A stretch of DNA of 64,000 nt from Myxococcota bacterium (GTDB lineage Bacteria > Myxococcota_A > UBA9160 > SZUA-336). The notes below the pieces were generated by a model that had not been told where the DNA came from, ran no database searches, and saw nothing but the letters and a program-made list of their open reading frames with translations. The position numbers were made by a program, and so were the translations under genes. The DNA is taken from the NCBI GenBank assembly GCA_965247115.1, contig CBDFGR010000003.1:160001-224000 (forward strand), in the 5' to 3' direction. Every line of letters begins with the position of its first letter. The first letter of the stretch is position 1. Shown here piece by piece: positions 18,466-28,597 of this stretch.

Positions 18466-20913
18466 TCAGGACAGCTCCTGGAGTCGGTCCGCTACCTCGC
18501 GAAACCCCGGCTTCTTGGCTGCGACCTGTTTGAACGCATCGAGCGCCCCGACCCGATCACCGGCCGCAAGGAGCGCCTCTCCGAGGTCGTACCGGAGAGA
18601 GATCGCCGAGTCGGCGCCCTCGCCGACTATCGCCAGCGCCTCTCCCAGATGCGTGGCCGCGACGGCGGCCTGGCCTAGCTCGAGCTTGCACGCGGCCATC
18701 AAAGAGAGCGTCTCGGCCGGACGCGCGCCCGCACGCTGCACCGTCTCGAGCTCGCGGACCGCGTCCTCTAGCAACCCCATCTCCTTGTAGGCGATGGCGA
18801 GGTCGTAGTGCGTCTCCGACTCCTCTTCGCCGACCTGATCCTGAATACCCTTCTTGAAGGCTGCGAAGACCTTGTCGAAGGCTGTACCAGACTTCTCAGC
18901 CGTCGCGAGGACAACATCCTCGTCCTCGAGCTCCGCCGCGAGATCGAAGTCGTCCTCGGGCTCCGGCTCGACGGCGGCAACAGCGGCCTCGGCGTCCGCC
19001 AGCAGATCCTCGAGGGTCTCCTCCGTGGCGTCGGGGAAGGTACGCTCGCTGAAGCTAGGCGGCCGCGGCAGCGGCGCAGCTTTCGGCCGCTCCAGCTTGA
19101 CCTCTGGGATCGGCGGCGCCTCGACCGGGCTCTCAGCTTCGTCGACGTGCGTATCCCCCAGCAGATCTGTGACCCCGCAGGTCACCGTCTCGCCTCGCTC
19201 GCTCAGAATCTCGCCCAGCCGCAGCATCGCCTTTGGGTGGTTCGGTGAACGAGCGAGCACCTCCCGGAGGATGCGCTCCGCTTCGGGGATCATCCCCTGC
19301 TCGAGGAAGAACTCGGCCTCCTCCAGATCCTCACTGACGCGCGCGGACTCGGCGCTCCAGTCCTCAGCGCCAAAGACGTGGGAGTCGGTCGCCCGTCCGG
19401 CAGGAGCGGATGACACCTCGAGCTCGCCGGGCTCCTCGTCCAGCTCGATGTCGATCTCGATCTCTTCGTCGTCCGGCTCCGCGCTGGGGGGCGGAGCTCT
19501 CTCGATTCCGCGCGGAGGATCGATCGAAGCGAAGGCATCGTCGCGGTCCTCCTCGTCGTCCAGAACCAGTTCGATGTCCGGCAGCGTCTCGAGGGACTCT
19601 TCTTCGAGAACGTCCTCCAGCGGAGGCTCGGCAAGCGGCTCCAGGCGAGGTTGGACAGCGGGCCCTGCGAGCGGCTCCGCTTCTACCTCGAGAGCGACTT
19701 CCTCCGGCGCCTCGATCCGGGCAAGCAGCTCCTTCGCCTCGGTGCTCGAAGGCTCGAGTCGCAGGACCTGCTGCACGAGTCGCTCGGCCTCTTCCGCATC
19801 GCCGAACTCCAACGATACCTTGGCCTCCGCCAGCAGATCGCTCGCATTGAAGAGCGGCACCGACGAACGAATGGACTGACCGAGGGCTGCATCGAGCGGA
19901 GCCCCGTCGCCGATGACCTGCCCACCCTGGTCGAGGAGCTCGTCGGCGGCCAACGTGAGCGGGTCTTCCGACTTGGGCGGCGCGGGCGGCTCCTCCTCCT
20001 CGGTCAGGAGAATGCTCGGCGAGGTCTCCCCTTCGGTATCCAGGAGCGGTTCCGCCGACACGTGCCGTTGTAAAATGTCGCGGGCCGTATCTGGCTCGCC
20101 GCGGTTCTTGTAGATCTCCGCGATCCGCCGGTAGACACCGCGCACACCCTCTGAGTCGCCGTCGGCCTCGTAGGCCATGACGAGGACCTCGTGGAACTCG
20201 ATGTCATCGCCGAAGCTAGGCAGCGCTTGCTTCAGCAGCTCGATGGCCTTCTTGGGCTGGCCGGTGCTGATCTTGACCTCCGCCAGCGTCGCGAGCGCTT
20301 CCTTGTGGGTCGGGAACGCATCGAGCGTGGCTTCTGCCACGCGCGTCGCCATCTCTGCGCTGGTATGCCTGGCGACCTCTTTCAGCAGAAGGCCGAACTC
20401 CTGCTGGGCGTCGTCTTCGAGGCCCTGCCGCAACATCAGGCTGGCCAGGTTCAGCCGATTGGGAATATTCCCCGGATCGAGCAGGGCTACCTTCTTGAGC
20501 TGATCGAAGGCTTCGCGCTTGAGGTCGTTGGCCTGACAGAACTTGACTGCGATCTGGAACTCGCGCAGTGCGTCGGAGGCCAGGCCCATGCGCTGGAAGT
20601 GATCGCCGAGCTGTATTCGCGCCTCCAGACACTCGCTGTCGACCCGAAGGATCTGCTTGAAGATCGCGACCGCCTTCGCGTCGAAGCCCCCCTTCGAAAA
20701 CTGCTGCGCTACCTGTGAGTACGCTTCGATCGCTTTCTGTTTGTCACCTTTCTTCAGGTGAAGGTCGCCGATCTTCAAGCGGACGTTCGTATCCCGGGGG
20801 TCCGCAGCTAATAGCTTTGCGTACTCCTTGAGCGCTTTGTCGTACGCTCCCTTCTGAGCGTACTTTTGCGCGGTCTCGAGCGTCTTCCGCTTCTTCTGTC
20901 CCGACGCAGCCAG
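18466..20913 (-). CDS. sgmX: SgmX-like TPR protein (T4P polarity/activation)
   Basis: N-terminal KGAYDKALKEY TPRs, acidic linker, ETHYDLAIAYKEMGL; position after aroQ/mglC; probable CTG start. Confidence 0.8.
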   Translation of the reverse strand: MAASGQKKRKTLETAQKYAQKGAYDKALKEYAKLLAADPRDTNVRLKIGDLHLKKGDKQKAIEAYSQVAQQFSKGGFDAKAVAIFKQILRVDSECLEARIQLGDHFQRMGLASDALREFQIAVKFCQANDLKREAFDQLKKVALLDPGNIPNRLNLASLMLRQGLEDDAQQEFGLLLKEVARHTSAEMATRVAEATLDAFPTHKEALATLAEVKISTGQPKKAIELLKQALPSFGDDIEFHEVLVMAYEADGDSEGVRGVYRRIAEIYKNRGEPDTARDILQRHVSAEPLLDTEGETSPSILLTEEEEPPAPPKSEDPLTLAADELLDQGGQVIGDGAPLDAALGQSIRSSVPLFNASDLLAEAKVSLEFGDAEEAERLVQQVLRLEPSSTEAKELLARIEAPEEVALEVEAEPLAGPAVQPRLEPLAEPPLEDVLEEESLETLPDIELVLDDEEDRDDAFASIDPPRGIERAPPPSAEPDDEEIEIDIELDEEPGELEVSSAPAGRATDSHVFGAEDWSAESARVSEDLEEAEFFLEQGMIPEAERILREVLARSPNHPKAMLRLGEILSERGETVTCGVTDLLGDTHVDEAESPVEAPPIPEVKLERPKAAPLPRPPSFSERTFPDATEETLEDLLADAEAAVAAVEPEPEDDFDLAAELEDEDVVLATAEKSGTAFDKVFAAFKKGIQDQVGEEESETHYDLAIAYKEMGLLEDAVRELETVQRAGARPAETLSLMAACKLELGQAAVAATHLGEALAIVGEGADSAISLRYDLGEALLAAGDRVGALDAFKQVAAKKPGFREVADRLQELS

Positions 20914-20997
20914 GTCGCAGTCCTTGCTTTCGTTCCGTCACGCGTGCGCAACACCCCCTCTAACCGAAGAGAGACGTGGAGCACGCGGCTACGGATG

Positions 20998-21025
20998 GTA
21001 TCGGCGATTCCGAAGCTTCATGTGA
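20998..21025 (-). promoter_or_regulatory. Sigma28/WhiG-like promoter of sgmX
   Basis: TCAC-N16-GCCGATAC. Confidence 0.55.
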
Positions 21026-21116
21026 GCGCTACGAGATGCGGTTGCCGCCTGCCGATCTGGCGCGACCCGACCCTGGTGCGTCACGTGTACGCGCCGGTCG
21101 GTAGTCGGAAGACGAC

Positions 21117-21548
21117 TTACTTCAGCCGGGCAACGAGGGCGCTGACGGCGAGCTCATACCCCAGTGCTCCCAGACCGCAGATCTGGCCTACCGCGATCCC
21201 CGCGACCAGCGAGCGGTGCCGGAACTCCTCCCGAGCATGAATGTTCGAGAGGTGGACCTCCACGACAGGCAGGTCGATGCCGGCGAGCGCATCTCGGAGA
21301 GCGACGCTGGTGTGCGTCAGCCCCCCGGGATTGATCACGATCCCCTGATGGGTCTGGCGGGCGGCCTGGATCCTGTCGATCAGTGCGCCCTCGTGGTTGG
21401 ACTGGTACGTGTCCACGGTGGCACCGAGCTGCGCTCCGTGCTCGCGGAGGCGCAGATCGATCTCGGCGAGCGTCGCGCGGCCATAGACCTCGGGCTCGCG
21501 TTCGCCCAGGAGGTTGAGGTTCGGGCCGTGCAGGACCAGGATCTTCAT
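21117..21548 (-). CDS. aroQ: Type II 3-dehydroquinate dehydratase
   Basis: [39 protein letters not shown]. Confidence 0.98.
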   Translation of the reverse strand: MKILVLHGPNLNLLGEREPEVYGRATLAEIDLRLREHGAQLGATVDTYQSNHEGALIDRIQAARQTHQGIVINPGGLTHTSVALRDALAGIDLPVVEVHLSNIHAREEFRHRSLVAGIAVGQICGLGALGYELAVSALVARLK

Positions 21549-21564
21549 GACGCGCGAGTCCTAT

Positions 21565-21930
21565 CTAGAGCGCTTCCCTCAGCTCTTGTAGCACGGTCCG
21601 CACGAGGTAGCGCGCTTTTCCCAGGCTGCCGAAGGGCTCGATCGCCACCACGAGCACGAACTCGCTGTCGATCCGGCGGAACAGGACCTGGTGCCGCTCG
21701 GTCACGACGATCAGCTCGTGGAGCGCGTCGTCTCCGGAGCCGTAGAACGTACCTGCCACCTTGCTGGACTGGTCGAAGATCTGCTGGAACTCGACCGCCA
21801 GAGCTGCCAGATCGATACCTTCCTCGCGCACGTGCTCCTCGATCGGAATCCCGTCACTCGCCATGATCGCAGCGGCGCACGCTCCTGGCGTGTCGTCGAC
21901 GACGGTCGAGAGGATCTCTTTGAACGTCAC
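21565..21930 (-). CDS. mglC: Roadblock/LC7 protein, MglC-like
   Basis: FKEILSTVVDDTPGA..IMASDGIPI, GSLGKARY; syntenic with the pil cluster. Confidence 0.8.
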   Translation of the reverse strand: MTFKEILSTVVDDTPGACAAAIMASDGIPIEEHVREEGIDLAALAVEFQQIFDQSSKVAGTFYGSGDDALHELIVVTERHQVLFRRIDSEFVLVVAIEPFGSLGKARYLVRTVLQELREAL

Positions 21931-22412
21931 GCGTGTGCCCTCCCCTGTCGGAGCCGTCGAGCGTTTGCGAGCCACCGCGAGAGCTCGTCGATCACGTTCT
22001 GATCACGAGCGGAGCCGGTCTTGAGCTCGGCCCTGACGGCCAGCGCGCGCTCATCGTCCGGATTCTGCTCGAGCAAGCTCGTCGTCACGGCCAGTGCCTT
22101 GTCGGCGTGCCCTTGCTTTGCGAGCAGCCGGGCCAGCGTGGGCGTGGTGAGCGGGGACGACGGCTCGAAGTACCGCCCCGCCCGGGGGCCTTCCGCTCCC
22201 AGGACGCGCCGGATTCGGGCCACGACGAGGGGCGAGGCGCCCACATCGTCGGCCTTCACGAGGTAGGCGTCGAGCTCTGAACGAAGCTCGTCCGGTACAG
22301 GCGTGCCGTTTACCGCACGCTCGAGACAGTGGAGGGCCTCGTCGTACTCCTGGAGATCCCAGTGCAGACGAGCGATCTTCAACCGAATCTCGAGTGGCTG
22401 TTCCGCACTCAT
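21927..22412 (-). CDS. TPR-containing hypothetical protein
   Basis: TTPTLARLLAKQGHADKAL..LLEQNPD; overlaps with both neighbours. Confidence 0.75.
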   Translation of the reverse strand: MSAEQPLEIRLKIARLHWDLQEYDEALHCLERAVNGTPVPDELRSELDAYLVKADDVGASPLVVARIRRVLGAEGPRAGRYFEPSSPLTTPTLARLLAKQGHADKALAVTTSLLEQNPDDERALAVRAELKTGSARDQNVIDELSRWLANARRLRQGRAHA

Positions 22413-23485
22413 GCCATCCCCGCGAGGATCTCGTCCGGTGTGAGCCTCATGACCTCTGCGCGGCCAATTTCACGCAGAACGACGAATCCTACCCGATCGT
22501 CTCGCATCTTCTTATCGACCGCGATGGCGCGAAGGTAAGCTTCGCGGTCCGCGAGCGAAGCAGGGACCTCGGTGGGCAGACCGGCACGTTCCAGAAGCGC
22601 GCGCACCCGCTGACGTGTGCCGCGCGGACACAGCGTCCGCTCCTCGGAGAGCCGTGCTGCGTACGTCATGCCCATGGCCACCCCCTCACCGTGCGTAACC
22701 TGGCTGTAGCCCGCAACGTTCTCGATCGCGTGACCCAGCGTATGTCCGAAGTTCAGCAGCGCCCGCAGTCCCGCCTCACGCTCGTCGAGGCCGACTACCT
22801 CTGCCTTGATCGCGCAGGCGCGGGCGATCGCGTCGCAGACTGGCGTCGGCTCGAGCGCCGTGATCGCCTCCAGGTGCTCCTCGAGCCAGCGAAAGAAGTC
22901 CGCGTCCCAGATCACAGCCACCTTGATGACTTCCGCAAGTCCCGTCCGCAGCTCGCGTTCGCTCAGGCTGGAGAGCACTTCTGGATCGACCCACACCAGG
23001 CGAGGCTGATAGAAGGTCCCGATCAAGTTCTTGCCTCGCTCGTGGTTGACCGCGGTCTTGCCGCCAACGCTGGCGTCGACCTGAGCGAGGAGAGTCGTGG
23101 GAACCTGCGCGAGCGGGACACCGCGAAGGAACGTCGAGGCGACGAAGCCTGTCAGGTCGCAGGTCGCGCCGCCCCCCAGGCTGACCAAACACGTCTGGCG
23201 ATCTGCCCCGAGCTCGATCAGCTGGTCGTACAGCAAGGATGCCTGGTTCAGCGTCTTTGCGCTCTCCCCATCTGGAACCTCCAGGCTCGAGCTCTGCAGC
23301 CCGGCGCGTTTCAGCTCTGCCTCGACGACTCCGCCGTACAGGCCCGCAACCTTCGGCGTCGTCACGAGGATCGCACGCTGAAAGCCAGACTCGCTCGCCA
23401 GCACTTGGCCCAGCTCCCGGAGCGAGCCCCAGCGGATGTGGATGGGATAGCTGCGGTCGGCGAGCATCACCGAGACGGTCGTCAT
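22409..23485 (-). CDS. aroB: 3-dehydroquinate synthase
   Basis: DGESAK, GGGA..DLTGF, PTTLLAQVDASVGGKT, LNFGHTLGHAIE. Confidence 0.98.
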   Translation of the reverse strand: MTTVSVMLADRSYPIHIRWGSLRELGQVLASESGFQRAILVTTPKVAGLYGGVVEAELKRAGLQSSSLEVPDGESAKTLNQASLLYDQLIELGADRQTCLVSLGGGATCDLTGFVASTFLRGVPLAQVPTTLLAQVDASVGGKTAVNHERGKNLIGTFYQPRLVWVDPEVLSSLSERELRTGLAEVIKVAVIWDADFFRWLEEHLEAITALEPTPVCDAIARACAIKAEVVGLDEREAGLRALLNFGHTLGHAIENVAGYSQVTHGEGVAMGMTYAARLSEERTLCPRGTRQRVRALLERAGLPTEVPASLADREAYLRAIAVDKKMRDDRVGFVVLREIGRAEVMRLTPDEILAGMA

Positions 23486-24021
23486 GCCGCGTGCTCCCAA
23501 CCCAGCGCGGCGAGCACCGCGTCACAGACTTCGTCTGGCGAGCGACCGTCCGTCGGGATCCGGACCTCGGCTGCAGCGTAGCTGCAAGCGCGCTCGGCTC
23601 GCAGAGTGGTGAGGCGCTCCCTGCGACCTGTGGCGTCGAGACCCGCGAGCAAGGGCCGACCGTCCGCCTCACGCAGGCGCGCGGCCAGTGTCTCCGGCTC
23701 GGCGTCGAGCCACACCAGCGCGCCACCCCGAGGTAGCGCGCCGCGAGCGGCGTCTTGCAGGAGGGCGCCACCACCGAGAGCCACGACCGCCCGCTCTGCC
23801 GGCAGTGCCCCCAGCGCGTCCCGCTCGAGCTCGCGAAAGCGCGACTCCCCTTCGCGTCGAAAGATCTCGGCCACGGACAGACCTCTGGTCCGCTCGATCT
23901 CAGCGTCGGTGTCGATGAAGCTCCAGCCCAGGCGCTCGGCCAGCGCTCGCCCGACAACGGACTTTCCGCTGCCCATCATTCCGGTGAGCAGGATCACGCG
24001 CCGGCGATTGCCCCGGGCCAT
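23482..24021 (-). CDS. aroK: Shikimate kinase
   Basis: GMMGSGKS, FIDTD, EGESRFRELE, RPLL. Confidence 0.96.
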   Translation of the reverse strand: MARGNRRRVILLTGMMGSGKSVVGRALAERLGWSFIDTDAEIERTRGLSVAEIFRREGESRFRELERDALGALPAERAVVALGGGALLQDAARGALPRGGALVWLDAEPETLAARLREADGRPLLAGLDATGRRERLTTLRAERACSYAAAEVRIPTDGRSPDEVCDAVLAALGWEHAA

Positions 24022-24062
24022 GCGCGGCAGAGTAGCAAACCGCCAGCCAGACGAGCTGGCCG

Positions 24063-26870
24063 CTAGAGATCGTTCGTGGCTCCGAGAACGACTCTGGGTG
24101 TGACGAAGATCAGCAGCTCGCGACGTTCGTCTGCAACCGTGGCGCTGCGAAAGGCGGCCCCGAGCAGCGGGATGTCGGCCAGGAACGGCACCTTGTTGCG
24201 ATTGTGCCCGTTCTCGACCACGTAGATGCCGCCGAGCACCATGGTCTCGCCGTCGCGGACCAGGGCCTCCGTCGTCGCCTCGTTCTTGTCGATGCCGACG
24301 ACCTCGCCCGTCGCAGCGGAGAGCTGCGGCGCGTTCCGAGATACCTTGATCTTCATGATGATCGACTTGTTCGCGGTGATGTGAGGCGTGACCTTCAGCT
24401 CGAGAACGGCATCCACGAAGCTGGTCGTGATCTTGTCATCCGTGACCTCGACGAACTTGATCGCGACGCCCTGCTTGATCACGGCTTCTCGATTGTCGAG
24501 CGTCACCACGCGCGGAGACGAAATTACCTTGCCCTTACGATTCTCCTCGGCGGCCTGAAGCTGCAGGTCGAGCTGGAGGTGATCGTCGGCGCCCAGCAGG
24601 CCGAGTGTCAGCAGGCCATTGAGGGCGCCGGATACCGGGTTGGAGGTGATGAAGTTGTTGGTCTGCACGGCGTCCGGCAGGTTGATGATGTCCCCTACGG
24701 AGCCATCGCCCAGGTGCACGTCGCCACCGCCGCCGCGAGAAGCAAGCGGTCGGTAGCCGAGCCCCCAGACGGCACCAAGCGAGCGCGAGAAGTTCAGGCT
24801 CGCCTCGACGATCTTCGCCTCGATCAGCACCTGCGGAGTCTGCGTATCGATCGCCTTGAGCAGGGCCGTCGCCTCATGAATCACCGAGGGGATGTCCTTG
24901 ATGATCAGCGTGCTGGTGCGCCTATCGACGTTGACGGAGCCGCGCGGCGAGAGCAGCCGTTCGACGAGCTTGGACACTTCCTTCACGTCGGCGTAGTTCA
25001 CCGGCTGAAGCTTGACGACCAGATCTTCCAGCTTCTCCTTCGCTCGACGCTCCTGGAGGCGCGCCTCGCGTTCGATCTTCAGCGTCTCGATGGGAGCGAT
25101 CCGGAGCACGCTTCCGACACGAACAAACCCGAGACCCTTCGTGAGCAGGATCACGTCGAGTGCCTGGTCCCACGGAACGTCGACGAGGCGGATGGTGACT
25201 TTTCCATCGACCTCGTCGCCGGCGATGACGTTGAGATCGGAGACCTCCGCAATTAGGCGCAGGATGTTCCCAATGTCGGCGTCCTTGAAGTCGAGCGAGA
25301 TGCGCCGCCCCTCGTAGGCCTTGTCCTCGTCAAAGCCGCCTTCCTCGAGAATGTCGATCGAAGCCGGATCTGCGGGGCCGAACAGAAGCCCGTCCTCCGA
25401 GAGCGGGCCTCCGTACGCCTCCAGCGCGGCCTCCGAACCGGACAGGATCGGCTCCGGGCCCAGGGGCATCTCGTCGCTCTCGGCGGAGGGCGCGAGGGGC
25501 ATCACGTCGGCATCTGCTCCCTCGAGGACTGGCTCGTTCGCGCCCAGCTCGCTCGGCGGCAGGACTTCTGCATCGACGTCGAGAGCGCCCTCGGGGGCCG
25601 CTGCTCGGTCTCCGGAGTGCGACACCGAGATGACGAGCTGGCTGCCCTCCCAAACAAGCTCCGCGTTTCTGGCATCGCGGCGCCGCAGGATGACGCGGAC
25701 CTCGTTCTCGATGTCCGGTGTCTGGAAGATCGAGAACATCTCGATCGGCCCGCCGAACTCGCGCGTGTCAACCCGGCGTTCAGTGGATTTTTCCATCGTG
25801 GAGCTCAGGATCCGTACGATCAGAGTCTCTCCGTCGGGCTCGACGATGCTCGCCTTCACCTCGTGATCCATCTCGACCACTATTCGATCCACTCCCGCCA
25901 GCGACTCGAACCGCGCGCCGGAGACCGTAGCCACACCGCTCCAGGCGGACTCAGGCGCTGGTGTTGCCGAGGCGGGCGGACTCCCCGCCGCACTCGCGGG
26001 ATCGCTGCCGATCTCGATGCGGACACCTCGGTCGGAGGGCACAAGGCTGTGCTCTCCGCCGCCATCTCGCATATCGAGGACCACGCGGACCTTGTCCGCA
26101 TGCGCGCCGATTCGCACGCGTGCGACGCTGCCAAGCGCGAAGCTCTGCTTGGCGGGCTTGGCCGTGCTCTTCACCCCCCAGAAATCCACCACGATGCGAT
26201 CCGGATCCCTGAGAACGAAGGAATCCATGTTATCGATGGGTCCATCGGCCAGAACCTCGATCCCAGCGTCGATCCGCTGCACACCGACGATCTTCCCGGC
26301 CGCGCCGGGAACGAATGCCACGGGTGTCGCGGCGGGCTTCGCAGAGGGCGGGGAGGCCATCGCCTCGGGAGGCGCCGGGGCAGCGTCGGGCTCCTCGCTG
26401 ACGATCTGCTTTTCTCCCGGATCGGCGGTCGCAGCGCTCTCGGTCGACCGCAGCTCGACGACGACTTCGCCCGGCCCCGGAATCACCTCGTACTCCGAGG
26501 CCTGTTCGAGCCCGATGCTGACGCGGACCATGCTTCGCGCCAGCTTGGGATCTCCAATCTCGCTTAGCGTGACACTGCTCACGAGCCCGTTGTTCACGGA
26601 GATAGGAGAGTCGACGCGCTCGAAGGTCACGTCAGGCAGCTCGATGATCAGCCGCCGCGGATCCTCGCGCATGAAGGCAGTGTAGATAGGCTGCTCAGCA
26701 CCTCTCATGGAGATCCGCGTCACCCCGCCCTCGTCGCGGACATCGACGGCCGAGATCGTCTGGGTTTCGCGCACCGCCGCCCTCGCGTCCGGCACAGCGG
26801 CAATTGCCAGCGCCAACGCAGTGCTGATCCGGAGCACGTGCTTCATGCAGGAGATCCCCATCCGCCTCAT
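24063..26870 (-). CDS. pilQ: Type IV pilus secretin with N-terminal AMIN domains
   Basis: ISLDFKDADI, VPWDQALD, PQVLIEAKIVE, VPFLADIPLLG..ELLIFVTP. Confidence 0.97.
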   Translation of the reverse strand: MRRMGISCMKHVLRISTALALAIAAVPDARAAVRETQTISAVDVRDEGGVTRISMRGAEQPIYTAFMREDPRRLIIELPDVTFERVDSPISVNNGLVSSVTLSEIGDPKLARSMVRVSIGLEQASEYEVIPGPGEVVVELRSTESAATADPGEKQIVSEEPDAAPAPPEAMASPPSAKPAATPVAFVPGAAGKIVGVQRIDAGIEVLADGPIDNMDSFVLRDPDRIVVDFWGVKSTAKPAKQSFALGSVARVRIGAHADKVRVVLDMRDGGGEHSLVPSDRGVRIEIGSDPASAAGSPPASATPAPESAWSGVATVSGARFESLAGVDRIVVEMDHEVKASIVEPDGETLIVRILSSTMEKSTERRVDTREFGGPIEMFSIFQTPDIENEVRVILRRRDARNAELVWEGSQLVISVSHSGDRAAAPEGALDVDAEVLPPSELGANEPVLEGADADVMPLAPSAESDEMPLGPEPILSGSEAALEAYGGPLSEDGLLFGPADPASIDILEEGGFDEDKAYEGRRISLDFKDADIGNILRLIAEVSDLNVIAGDEVDGKVTIRLVDVPWDQALDVILLTKGLGFVRVGSVLRIAPIETLKIEREARLQERRAKEKLEDLVVKLQPVNYADVKEVSKLVERLLSPRGSVNVDRRTSTLIIKDIPSVIHEATALLKAIDTQTPQVLIEAKIVEASLNFSRSLGAVWGLGYRPLASRGGGGDVHLGDGSVGDIINLPDAVQTNNFITSNPVSGALNGLLTLGLLGADDHLQLDLQLQAAEENRKGKVISSPRVVTLDNREAVIKQGVAIKFVEVTDDKITTSFVDAVLELKVTPHITANKSIIMKIKVSRNAPQLSAATGEVVGIDKNEATTEALVRDGETMVLGGIYVVENGHNRNKVPFLADIPLLGAAFRSATVADERRELLIFVTPRVVLGATNDL

Positions 26871-27367
26871 CCTCCGTGCCTTTCGTACAAGTACAGATCG
26901 ACTTCCTTGGTGGTGGCCTTGTTGTGGAAGTCGATGTAAGTCTCTTTGACAACGACCCGGTTGTCGTCAATCCGTACGACGCGTCCCTTGTTCTTGCCGA
27001 TCCCGGCTCCCTCGGCCACGATGTAGCCCTTCCCCGTCGGGTCCTCGACCAGGGCCCGAGGCCTCTTCGTGGACCAGATGATCCCGGTTACGCTGAGCTG
27101 AGAGAGGTCGAAGCGCTCCAGGGGCGAGAGCGCCTCCGTGTCCTGCACGAGTTGCATCCGCTTGAGAAACGACTTGAACGGATCGGGCTTTCCGGTCGGG
27201 TCGTAGCGGTACTCTTTCTCGATGTGCTCGACGACATCCTCTTCGGTCGTCTCCGAGGCATAGATCTGGCGCTGAGCACCGCCTGCCCTTCGGCCGCCGT
27301 CGTCTGAGCAGGCCGATACGAGTACGGCAAAGGCAAGCAGGGCCGAACTCGCACGCGGGTGCGTCAC
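26867..27367 (-). CDS. pilP: T4P assembly lipoprotein PilP
   Basis: Lipobox VSAC; YDPTGKPDPF, PLERFDLSQL. Confidence 0.95.
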   Translation of the reverse strand: MTHPRASSALLAFAVLVSACSDDGGRRAGGAQRQIYASETTEEDVVEHIEKEYRYDPTGKPDPFKSFLKRMQLVQDTEALSPLERFDLSQLSVTGIIWSTKRPRALVEDPTGKGYIVAEGAGIGKNKGRVVRIDDNRVVVKETYIDFHNKATTKEVDLYLYERHGG

Positions 27368-27368
27368 G

Positions 27369-27983
27369 TCACTCGCCTCCCGCCTGCGTGGTCACATCGA
27401 TGAAGAAGTAGGTGGTCGCGATCCCCGTCACTTCGAGTCGCGGAGTATCGCTTCGATACTCGGAGAGTGACATCGCGAGCTCGGTAATGTTGACGATGCG
27501 AGAGAGCTTCGCGAGGCGATCGAAGAAGATCCCAATGTCGTGATACGCACCGTAGAGCTTCAGTGCGATCGGCACTTCTGCGTAGAAGCCCCGCTGGATC
27601 TCCCCACTGGGACGGAACTGATGGATCTCGAGGCCCGACTTCTTCCCCAGGCTGGTAATGTCCGTCAGGAGCACCGGCAGGTCGCTCGAGTTCGGAAGCT
27701 GCTGCAGCGCGGTGCGGAGCTCGACCTCCAGCTCCTTCTGCTTCTCCTGGAAGCTCGTCAAGTTCGAGGCGACTGTCTTCGCCTCGACGATGTCGCTTTC
27801 GATCTGCGTGAGCTGCGTCTTCAGCTGCCCGAGGTTCTGACGGGTACTGCTGAAGATCGTGAACCAGTAAGCGGCGACCAGGACCGCAGCGACCCCCGCC
27901 AGGATCCCGAAACGAGCGGGTGCGGGCAGCTTGTCGATCTGCTCGAGGATCTTCTTGGCGTCCAGACCTTCGCCTACTGCCAT
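27369..27983 (-). CDS. pilO: T4P assembly protein PilO
   Basis: QLPN..LPVLL.DI, FYAEVPI, GAYHDIGIFFDR..LSRIVN. Confidence 0.95.
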   Translation of the reverse strand: MAVGEGLDAKKILEQIDKLPAPARFGILAGVAAVLVAAYWFTIFSSTRQNLGQLKTQLTQIESDIVEAKTVASNLTSFQEKQKELEVELRTALQQLPNSSDLPVLLTDITSLGKKSGLEIHQFRPSGEIQRGFYAEVPIALKLYGAYHDIGIFFDRLAKLSRIVNITELAMSLSEYRSDTPRLEVTGIATTYFFIDVTTQAGGE

Positions 27984-28001
27984 AACGGTCCCTCGCCCCG
28001 C

Positions 28002-28595
28002 TCAGTGCCCGCGCCGCGCCGTCGACGCAGGTGCAGCCGCTTCTGCCAGGAGCGGCTTCATTTCTGGATAGTTCGCTTGGATCTTGAAGCTGTTGAGCTT
28101 CAGGCCGTCGATCTCCTCGAGCTTCGTCTCCAACAGCTCGACTTTGGAGAGCGACGATTCCTCGAGGCCGGTGAGGAAGGCCGCCACGATCTCGGCATCC
28201 AGACTCAGCCCCTGGAGCGCCAGCCGACCATCCTTCGCGCTCAGCTTGAGCAGCCACAAGCGCTCGGGGATCCTCGAGGCGATCTCGTCCATCAGGCGCA
28301 CGGGACCCGTGCGTGCCTTCTCGAGCTGCGCGATCACATCCAGCTTCTGCTCGATCTCCTTGCGCTCCGCCTCGAACCGCTCGACCTGCTTGCGCGTCTC
28401 CTCGAGCGAGGCCAGCTCCGCGTTCTTCTGCACGATCAGGCGTTTGTGCTGTGCGATCCGCGTGCTGACGGACAGGTGAAGGCCCACACACGCGACGATC
28501 CCGATCCCCGCAGCCACACCGAGCAGGATCCCCTGATTCCGGAGCCCCGCCTGGCGACGCGCTTCTCGGACCGGGAGTAGGTTGATCCGGATCAC
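28002..28595 (-). CDS. pilN: T4P assembly protein PilN
   Basis: N-terminal IRINLLP motif, TM, coiled coil. Confidence 0.95.
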   Translation of the reverse strand: MIRINLLPVREARRQAGLRNQGILLGVAAGIGIVACVGLHLSVSTRIAQHKRLIVQKNAELASLEETRKQVERFEAERKEIEQKLDVIAQLEKARTGPVRLMDEIASRIPERLWLLKLSAKDGRLALQGLSLDAEIVAAFLTGLEESSLSKVELLETKLEEIDGLKLNSFKIQANYPEMKPLLAEAAAPASTARRGH

Positions 28596-28597
28596 GG

